From: Octopus sinensis
Taxonomy: Eukaryota
Direction: 5' to 3'
Assembly: GCF_006345805.1 (NCBI RefSeq)
Contig: NW_021829179.1
Span: 1-6,878 of the forward strand
DNA: 6,878 nt
Part shown: positions 1-6,878 of the stretch, piece by piece
How positions within the stretch are numbered: position 1 is the stretch's first letter
How the letters are laid out: each line of letters starts with the position of its first letter
Made by a program: the position numbers and the translations under genes
The notes under the pieces: model-generated
Database searches by the model: none
What the model saw: the letters and a program-made list of their open reading frames with translations, nothing else
What the model was told of the DNA's origin: nothing

Positions 1-80
1 TGTCTTTTGTTTCGTTGTTTATTTTTTGGTTTTATTTTCTAAAAAAACAATTTGTGTTCAATGCCTCCAGATCATTTAAC

Positions 81-1088
81 ATGTGCGTGCGCATGTGTGT
101 ATGTGTGTGTGCGTAAGTGTGTATGAGTGCGTGTGTGTATATGTGTATGTGTATGTTTATGTATGTGTGTCTATGTCTTATGCGTGTGTGTATGCGTATG
201 TATGTATGTGTATGTGTGTGTGTCTATGTGTGTGTGCGTATGTATGAGTGCGTATGCGTGTATGTGTATGAGTGCGCATGTGTGTATGTGTATGTATGTG
301 CATGTGTATGTACGTATGAGTACGTATGTGTGTATGTGTATGTGTGTGTCTATGTGTATATGCGTGTGTGTGTATGCCTAAGTGTGTATGAGTGCGCATG
401 CGTGTATGTGTGTGTGTCTATGTGTGTATGCGCAAGTATGTATGCGTAAGTGTGTATGAGTGCGTATGTGTGTGTGAATATGTGTGTGAGTGGATGTGTG
501 GTTGTGTGTAGAGGAATAATGAGTGTGCAAGAATGTGTGCGCATCTGTGTATGTACGTAATGTTCGTGCATGTGTGAATGTGTTTATATGTATGTATGTA
601 TATATATATGAATAAGTATGTGTCTTTATGCATCTATATGTGTGTGTGAGAGTGTACATGTGTATGTAGAGAAGAATTAGTGTGTGAGGAAAGTGTCAGC
701 GTAGGTACGTGTGTTTGTGTACGAGCGAATATGTCTGAGCGTATATATGTGTCTGTATGGATGTATATATAAACAAGTATATGCATATATACATATGTAT
801 CAATGCGTGTGTGGATGGCTAGATATATATGTAGATGAAATGTGTGTGTGTGAGAATGTTTTTATTAGTGCATGTGCGCATGTGTGAATATGTGTATGAG
901 CGTATGTATAAGTGTCTATGTGCATATGTATATGTGAATATGTATGTCTACATACACATATGTGTGTGTATGTATAGGAATGCGTGCTGATGTGCGAGTT
1001 ATGTGTGAATGAGTGTGTAAGCATGTATCTGTGAAAATGTATTTGTGCTTGTGAGCAAATATGTTTATGTGCGAATCAATGCGTGTGT
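81..1088. repeat. Degenerate (TG)n/(TATG)n/(TGCG)n alternating purine-pyrimidine simple repeat, decaying towards the 3' end
   Basis: Near-continuous RY alternation at 81-490, more interrupted afterwards. The 18-mer TAAGTGTGTATGAGTGCG recurs at 114-131, 379-396 and 447-464. Confidence 0.9.
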
Positions 1089-1091
1089 ATC

Positions 1092-1158
<67 letters not shown>

Positions 1159-1164
1159 ATCTAT

Positions 1165-1200
<36 letters not shown>

Positions 1201-1237
1201 TTATCTATCTTTCTATCTATTTATCTATCTATCTATC

Positions 1238-1308
<71 letters not shown>

Positions 1309-1320
1309 CTTTCTATCTAT

Positions 1321-1366
<46 letters not shown>

Positions 1367-1383
1367 GGCAATCTATCTATCTT

Positions 1384-1435
<52 letters not shown>
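1092..1435 (+). repeat. (TCTA)n = (GATA)n tetranucleotide microsatellite, about 86 units with TCTT/TTTA variants
   Basis: Read directly; it produces the (LSIY)n pseudo-ORFs. Confidence 0.98.
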
Positions 1436-1594
1436 GGGAGAGTTTACGAAAAAAGCAAAAGACGAAGACAGGTGGTGTACAAAACAAACAGATGTATTAG
1501 TATAACGCTCAGGAATAGGAAAAGTCTTTTACGTTTCGAGCCTACGCTCTTCTACAGAAAGGGACACAGAAAAAAAAAACAAGGAGAGAAAAAA
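1436..1594 (-). mobile_element. Short non-autonomous hammerhead-containing repeat (Penelope-like pLTR fragment / retrozyme-like), copy 1, embedded in a TCTA/TCTG microsatellite
   Basis: Non-simple island between (TCTA)n and (TCTG/TCTA)n. Shares ACGCTCAGGAA and TTT(T/A)ACGTTTCGAGC..GCTCTTC...CAGAAA with 2408-2613 and contains a hammerhead-like core on the minus strand. The family assignment is inference. Confidence 0.6.
1524..1565 (-). ncRNA. Minimal type I hammerhead ribozyme-like motif, variant core CUGUAGA (A6U)
   Basis: Minus strand reads GUC-CC-UUU CUGUAGA A GAGC-GUAG-GCUC GAAAC GUA AAAGAC. Stem II is 4 bp, stem I is CUUU/AAAG (or GUC..UUU/AAAGAC with a CC bulge), the NUH triplet is GUA and stem III is reduced to the palindrome ACGU. 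One core mismatch to CUGANGA. Confidence 0.55.
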
Positions 1595-1672
1595 GTCTGT
1601 CTATCTGTCTATCTGTCTATCTGTCTGTCTATCTGTCTATCTTTCTCTTTCTCTCTCTCTATCTCTCTCTCT
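1595..1672 (+). repeat. (TCTG/TCTA)n grading into (TC)n
   Basis: Read directly. Confidence 0.9.
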
Positions 1673-1689
1673 AAATAAATAAATATATA

Positions 1690-1719
1690 TGCGTGCGTGT
1701 GTGCGTGCGAGTGTGCGTG

Positions 1720-1763
<44 letters not shown>

Positions 1764-1782
1764 CGTGTGTGCGTGCGTATGT
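1690..1782. repeat. (TGCG)n/(TG)n microsatellite
   Basis: Pure (TG)n at about 1722-1755 flanked by TGCG units. Confidence 0.92.
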
Positions 1783-1862
1783 AGCTGACGTCATAAGAAT
1801 TTATTAACTTTAGACAGAGCGTGAAATAATTTTTCTATGTAATTGGGTTTCGCAGTACATAT

Positions 1863-1996
1863 AGACCGATAGAATAAGTACTAGGCTTACAAAGAATAAG
1901 TCCTGGGGGTCGATTTGCACGACTAAAGGCCGTGCTCCAGCATGGCCGCAGTCAAATGACTGAAACCAGTAAAAGAGTAAAAGAGTAAAAAGAGAG
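1863..1996 (+). mobile_element. 3' fragment (5'-truncated) of the tRNA-derived SINE, ending in a (GTAAAAGA)n tail
   Basis: Aligns closely with 4934-5043 (CCGATAGAATAAGTACT.GGCTTACAAAGAATAAG ... AGCATGGCCGCAGTCAAATGACTGAAAC). About three GTAAAAGA tail units at 1969-1993. Confidence 0.85.
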
Positions 1997-2407
1997 TATA
2001 TGTGTATGCGTGTGTATATAATGTCTGCATTTACGATTTACGTGTTATAATTATGTGTGTATAATTATGAATATGGGTGTGTGCGTGAATGCATGTATAA
2101 GCACGTATCTATGTCTATATCAATGTGTGATTGTTTATAAGTGGGAATGTAGAAATCCGTATGTAATACACATATTTAGGTTGAAAATGTGTATCTGTGT
2201 GATTGTAAGCACAAATGTGCACATCGTACATGTGTACACATGTCTTTCTACGCGTGTTTAAGATGGATAATGTGTTTTTTTACATTTCCAGAGAACAATT
2301 ACAAAATTATCTTTCTCGAAATTTCTATGAACTCTATCTATATCTACTACAGAGAAACTATGGGTGGATCTCAAGTAGATGTACGTATATACATAAATAT
2401 ATATATA

Positions 2408-2613
2408 GTTAATCCAAACATGAAAGCACAAAGAGAAAACACAACAACGCGAGGACGTGGAACAAGTATAGTGTTATTGGACGCTCAGGAAGGGAAAGAA
2501 AGAAGGAGGATTTAACGTTTCGAGCTGAGCTCTTCGTCAGAAACATAGGAAAAGGAAAGATCCAAAGAAGGGAAGACGGAGGAAAAAAATCGCCAACGGT
2601 ACACACGCGGTCA
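2408..2613 (-). mobile_element. Short non-autonomous hammerhead-containing repeat (Penelope-like pLTR fragment / retrozyme-like), copy 2, between (TA)n and (CA)n/(TA)n tracts
   Basis: Purine-rich island flanked by microsatellites; same motif order and orientation as 1436-1594. Boundaries are approximate. Confidence 0.6.
2510..2544 (-). ncRNA. Minimal type I hammerhead ribozyme motif with intact core CUGACGA...GAAA...UH
   Basis: Minus strand reads GUUU CUGACGA A GAGC-UCA-GCUC GAAAC GUU AAAU. Complete CUGANGA and GAAA boxes, 4-bp stem II, short stem I GUUU/AAAU, palindromic AACGUU in place of stem III. Predicted cleavage between 2514 and 2513. Confidence 0.7.
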
Positions 2614-2619
2614 TGAATA

Positions 2620-2652
2620 TACACACACACACACACACCACACATATATATA

Positions 2653-2705
<53 letters not shown>

Positions 2706-2761
2706 CTATATATATATATATATAAATATATATATATATATTATATACATATATATATATA
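2620..2761. repeat. (CA)n followed by (TA)n microsatellite
   Basis: Read directly. Confidence 0.95.
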
Positions 2762-2853
2762 CTGCCATCGCATGAAACTCTCGGCCTTGGGTCGGTTTGT
2801 CGTTTCTGCTAAATATACGCATATATAAATACATACACAAACATATACATATA

Positions 2854-3325
2854 TCTCTTTTCTCCTCGAAATTCTTTCATTTCACTCTCCCCCCCCCCAT
2901 CTCTCTCCCTCTCTCTCTCTCTCTCTCTATTTCTCTCTCTCTCTCTCTCTCTTTCGCTCTTTCGCTATCTCTCTCTCTCTCTCTCGCTCCCTCTCAGAAC
3001 CTCTTTCTAAGTCTATCTCTGTCGTTCCGTTCTCTCTCCTCTTTCTCTCTCCTCTTTCTCTCTCCTCTTTCTCTCTCCTTTCCCTCACCTCTCTCTCTCT
3101 CAGACTCTCCTTTCTCTCCCATCTCTTCCCTATCTCTACACTTTCTTCTTTTCTCCTTAACTACCTCTCTCTCTTTCTTCTTTCCATTCTCTCCGTTCAT
3201 CAGAGAACTTCTCTTTTCTCTCAACCGATTCTCTGTTTTTCCCCCACCATACTTCCGTACTTTTTCTCTACCTCCCCCCACTCTCTCTTCCTCCTTTTCT
3301 TCTAACCTCTCTCCCTCCATCCCTC
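2854..3325 (+). repeat. Degenerate (CT)n polypyrimidine/polypurine tract
   Basis: About 470 bp strongly C/T-biased on the + strand; gives the S/L/F-rich and E/R/K-rich pseudo-ORFs. Confidence 0.9.
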
Positions 3326-3543
3326 ATACTTTAATGATCCTTAACAGGCCATCAGATGTGACTTGGCAATACCATATATCATACAGCACACACAACACAC
3401 ACTGAAGTATATCAAAAGACAAAGATCAAAGATAATGTCGCGGAGTATTTCATATTTATTAGAAAATGGCGTTTTCTATGGAAGAACAAAAGCAGCAGAA
3501 TTTTCATCAACACTTTCCATTTCTTTTTATCATATATATATCA

Positions 3544-3548
3544 TGTGT

Positions 3549-3586
<38 letters not shown>

Positions 3587-3758
3587 ATAGATATAGATAT
3601 ATAAATATATAACATATATATATATACATGCATATATATATATGTATGTATATATACACATATATATTCATATATATACATATTTATATATTTATGTATC
3701 TATTTACGTAAATATATATATTCATACATATATATAAAAATACATACTACGTATGTAT

Positions 3759-3808
<50 letters not shown>

Positions 3809-3812
3809 ATAG

Positions 3813-3849
<37 letters not shown>

Positions 3850-3954
3850 AATATATATGCATAAATACATCCACTACATATATACACATATATATACTTA
3901 TATACATATATATATATGTATATAGAGACAGATATAATTTATATATAATATACA

Positions 3955-3996
<42 letters not shown>

Positions 3997-4075
3997 ATAA
4001 TATATATATATATTATATCTATATATATAGTATATATTATAATATAGATATATACACATATATATATATCTACAT
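3544..4075. repeat. (TG)n followed by a long degenerate (TA)n/(TACA)n tract
   Basis: (TG)n at about 3544-3585, then about 490 bp of TA-dominated repeat. Confidence 0.95.
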
Positions 4076-4150
4076 TTATTTTTTCATATATGTATAACTG
4101 TTTTGTTTCGTTCTTATTTTCTTCAATTCCACTTATGTTGCAGTTATCAC

Positions 4151-4294
4151 GTTGTTGTTGTTTTTGATGGTGGTCGTAATGGTGGTGGTGTTGGTGGTTG
4201 TGGTGGCGGTTGTGGTGGTAGTGGTGATACTGCTGCTGCTGATGATGCTAATGTTGATGCTGCTGGTGCTGCTGGTGCTGCTGGTATTATTACT
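4151..4294 (+). repeat. Compound trinucleotide repeat (GTT)n-(GGT)n-(GCT/GAT)n
   Basis: In-phase succession of GTT, GGT, GAT and GCT triplets. Confidence 0.85.
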
Positions 4295-4712
4295 GTGGAT
4301 ATTTGTGCTTTTTTTTGTACTCTTAGGTTGTTGTTTTTTTTTCTGGCTTAATTTCGTTTTTATTCTGGTAGTTTGTTGTCAATGTTTACCTCTTAAACGG
4401 TCGGTTCCTTTGACACCAAACTAAATTCATTATGTCTTCTCTTTATTCCTCATTCCTCTTATTCTCAATCCGTTCCTTCATCCGATCTAGGTGCATCTCG
4501 ATTATTTATCTATTTATATTTTCTTTATATATTTCATTTATTTATGATATTATTATTACAATATTGTCTATTTATTTATCAATCTATTTATTTCATAGTG
4601 TAAGGGTTACGTATTAATTCGCTATCTAATGCCGACAATTTGTTTAATGGAGCGTTAAATTGATGGGACGTGTTCTGTCTTCTTGTATCCACCCACGAAG
4701 AGGAAAAATATA

Positions 4713-5044
4713 TGGCTGTGTGGCTATGTGGTAAGAACATGGTTCCGGGTTCAGTCCCATTGCGTAGCACCTAGGGCAACTGTTTTCTATTATAGCCGAG
4801 GGCAACCAAAACCTTGTAGGTGGAAAGTGAAAGAAGCCTGTTGCATGTGTGTGTGTGTGTGTTTTTACCCCCTCCCCGCTTGAAACCGATGTTGGTGTGT
4901 TTACTTCCCCGTAACTTAGCGGTTCGGTAAAAGAGGCCGATAGAATAAGTACTGGGCTTACAAAGAATAAGCTCTAGGGTCGATTTATTCGACTAAAAGC
5001 GGTGCTCTAGCATGGCCGCAGTCAAATGACTGAAACAATAAAAA
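4713..5044 (+). mobile_element. Near full-length, diverged tRNA-derived CORE-like SINE with internal (TG)n and internal deletions
   Basis: A-box-like TGGCTGTGTGG/TGGCTATGTGG at 4713-4731, B box GGTTCAGTCCC at 4748-4758, CORE-like GCACCTAGGGCAACTG, internal (TG)n at about 4846-4862. The 5' half matches 5067-5234 and the 3' half matches 1863-1996. Confidence 0.85.
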
Positions 5045-5066
5045 CAATTATATATGTGTATATATA

Positions 5067-5234
5067 GGCGTAGGAGTGGCTGTGTGGTAAGTAGCTTGCT
5101 TACGAACCGCATGGGTTCAGTCCCACTGCATGGCACCTTGGGCAAGTGTCTTCTACTATAGCCTCGGGCCGACCAAATCCTTGTGAGTGGATTTGGTAAA
5201 CGGAAACTGAAAGAAGCCCGTCGTATATATGTAT
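5067..5234 (+). mobile_element. 5' half of the same SINE family (tRNA-like head plus CORE-like region), truncated at its internal microsatellite
   Basis: Starts GGCGTAGGAG. Pol III A box TGGCTGTGTGG at 5077-5087, B box GGTTCAGTCCC at 5114-5124, then ACCTTGGGCAAGTG resembling the MIR/CORE-SINE core motif. Colinear with 4721-4845. Confidence 0.88.
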
Positions 5235-5238
5235 ACGA

Positions 5239-5653
5239 ACACCAGAAGCAAAAGATTGCCTGATTTTCAAAAGGGATACATTGAGGGTCCCTCTGGGTGT
5301 GTAGCTCGACTTAACCAGCGTAAAATTGCACAAAACCTTGGGATTCCTCTTCCCATGGTTAACAGAATGTTTGTACAATTCCCAAGCAAAGAAATAGAAT
5401 CAACGGCATCCGGTTCAGGTCGACCTGGGTCTTCTGACATTGTGTCTTCGACCTGTCAAACGGATTATTGAAACAATATCTCTGTTGATGCTGCTGAGGA
5501 ATTCCAAATGAGTCGGAGGCACTTCTGTGAGGTATTTCCATCAACTTGACTGCGGAAGTGAAAACTAATAATATATTAACAAATTTGAAGTTCCAGAGAT
5601 AGTGTCTTTATAACGAGAGGTGTCTATTTATTTTTGAGGTGTCTATGAGTATA
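5239..5653 (+). pseudogene. Decayed, internally deleted Tc1/mariner DNA transposon: transposase N-terminal paired-like HTH region plus a possible right TIR remnant
   Basis: ORF 5229-5471 has RSKRLPDFQKGYIEG...LNQRKIAQNLGIPLPMVNRMFVQF...SGSGRP, i.e. first HTH plus the GRP(R)-type linker of Tc1 transposases (SGRP at 5415-5426). Frameshifted continuation LRPVKRIIE (5446-5472), SVDAAEEFQMS (5481-5513) and TSVRYFHQLDCG (5521-5556) resembles the second HTH. No DDE domain is visible. The end GGTGTCTATTTATTTTTG...ATGAGTA-TA looks like a Tc1 terminus. Confidence 0.7.
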
Positions 5654-5755
5654 TATGCTTAAATATGTTTGTGTGTGTCTGTATATATATATATGTATGT
5701 ATATATATATGTATATATGTATGTATATATCTATATACATATACATGCATATATG

Positions 5756-5790
<35 letters not shown>

Positions 5791-6015
5791 CATTTGTAAA
5801 AAACATAAATACGAAAGAAGCACACTCTAAAATGTAGATCAGAATATATTAATATATATATATATATACACACACATATGCATACATATATATAATATAG
5901 ATATATATAATAAATGCACTCTACACTCACACACCATATATATACATATATATATATACATATTTATTAGTACATATATATATATACATACACACACACA
6001 TATATATAATATATA

Positions 6016-6048
<33 letters not shown>

Positions 6049-6073
6049 AGCACACACATATATATATACACAC
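5651..6073. repeat. (TA)n/(TATG)n/(TACA)n degenerate microsatellites with short unique spacers
   Basis: Read directly. Confidence 0.92.
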
Positions 6074-6086
6074 AGATAGATGATCT

Positions 6087-6169
<83 letters not shown>
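6087..6169 (+). repeat. Perfect (ATAG)n = (GATA)n microsatellite, about 20-21 units
   Basis: Read directly; followed by degenerate GACA/GATC-type units to about 6330. Confidence 0.98.
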
Positions 6170-6477
6170 CTCATAAGAACGACAAGCACATTTATAATTT
6201 CGTATTAACATAAATGCAGACAAACAGACACACAGACGGACAAATAAACACAAAATCACGGTTGGCTGGACACAAGGACGGATCGACCGATCGATAGATC
6301 ACGCTAACGAGCAAGCGGGCGATAGATAAACTGGATGAAATATTTGGATACAAATGTATTCTACCATGATTGAGGGTGGTTTCCTTTTTCACATTCGTTT
6401 CGATAGATTTATATAAATAGATATGACCTGGAAATACTGTTAAAATATAATTCTAGATGTCTTTTATGTCATAATGA

Positions 6478-6552
6478 CCTTCCTCTCTCTCTCCGCCACT
6501 ACCTCTCTCATTCTCTCTTTCTGTTTCCTTCTATCTCTTTCTCTCTCTCTCT
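6478..6552 (+). repeat. Degenerate (CT)n tract
   Basis: Read directly. Confidence 0.85.
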
Positions 6553-6763
6553 ACATCAGTCTACCGTGTTCCAAAACACGACCGGATGTAAACGCTTCAA
6601 ACACCCAGGAATGACTCATTATATAGAAAGTAACTACACTCCTGTAAGGATTAGCTTCCGATAGCAGAACGTACGGCAACGAAAATAAATATAAGAATAT
6701 CAAGCTAAGAATAGTAGAAGGGAAAGAAAACGCAAAGGTGATGGAGGTGGGTGTTTATATCGT

Positions 6764-6818
6764 TGTGGTGGTGGTGGTGGGAGCGTTGAAGGAAAACAGC
6801 TCAGCATATATATATAGT

Positions 6819-6850
<32 letters not shown>

Positions 6851-6868
6851 ATATATTGAGAGAGAGAG
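6764..6868. repeat. (GGT)n, (TA)n and (GA)n short microsatellites
   Basis: (GGT)n at about 6765-6780, (TA)n at about 6806-6856, (GA)n at 6858-6868. Confidence 0.85.
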
Positions 6869-6878
6869 CACGGGGCTA

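Noticed and set aside
1786-1793. Perfect CRE palindrome TGACGTCA
   Set aside because: A single 8-mer at the edge of a microsatellite with no promoter context; could easily be chance.
117-1794. ORFs rich in CV/YV, HT and LSIY repeats (including the 205-aa ORF at 1061-1678)
   Set aside because: They are translations of (TG)n and (TCTA)n microsatellites that lack stop codons by composition; no domain signal.
2189-2645. ORFs 2189-2515 (+) and 2409-2645 (-)
   Set aside because: No recognisable motif; they run across a TA repeat and the non-coding hammerhead element.
2797-3405. 202-aa S/L/F-rich ORF and antisense E/R/K-rich ORF
   Set aside because: Products of the (CT)n/(AG)n tract.
4103-4424. 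Gly/Ala-rich and poly-Val/Leu ORFs resembling a low-complexity or membrane protein
   Set aside because: Explained by the compound trinucleotide repeat; no convincing exon context. A small exon cannot be fully excluded without RNA-seq.
5067-5135. Possible tRNA gene (A and B boxes)
   Set aside because: No complete cloverleaf, and it continues into a CORE-like body repeated at 4713-4845, so it is a SINE head.
1092-6169. (TCTA)n at 1092-1435 and (GATA)n at 6087-6169 as inverted termini of one large element
   Set aside because: GATA microsatellites are common in both orientations and no unique flanking sequence is shared.
6641-6676. CCTGTAAGGATTAGCTTCCGATAGCAGAACGTACGG, loosely like a third hammerhead on the + strand
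   Set aside because: Lacks both CUGANGA and GAAA, and the putative stem II is only 3 bp and misplaced; at best a heavily decayed relic.
1-6878. CRISPR array or prokaryotic operon
   Set aside because: No constant repeats with unique equal-length spacers and no gene-dense coding structure; the sequence is eukaryotic repeat-rich DNA.

Overview
Non-coding, repeat-dominated animal genomic DNA; no intact protein-coding gene, tRNA/rRNA gene or CRISPR array is supportable. Roughly half or more is simple repeat: degenerate (TG/TATG)n, (TCTA)n, (TA)n, (CT)n, (GATA)n and mixed trinucleotides. Almost all ORF-track entries are translations of these. The interspersed elements are: (i) three pieces of one tRNA-derived, CORE-like SINE family (1863-1996, 4713-5044, 5067-5234); (ii) a decayed Tc1/mariner transposase N-terminus with a possible terminal-repeat remnant (~5239-5653); and (iii) two divergent 160-205 bp microsatellite-flanked elements (1436-1594, 2408-2613). 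Each of the latter carries on the minus strand a minimal type I hammerhead-ribozyme-like motif (CUGNNGA-A-GAGC-loop-GCUC-GAAAC-GUH) and a shared downstream 11-mer, resembling the hammerheads of Penelope-like elements/retrozymes; this is the most interesting signal. The repeat landscape and the SINE look like an Octopus (cephalopod) genome, which is recognition from memory, not a database result.
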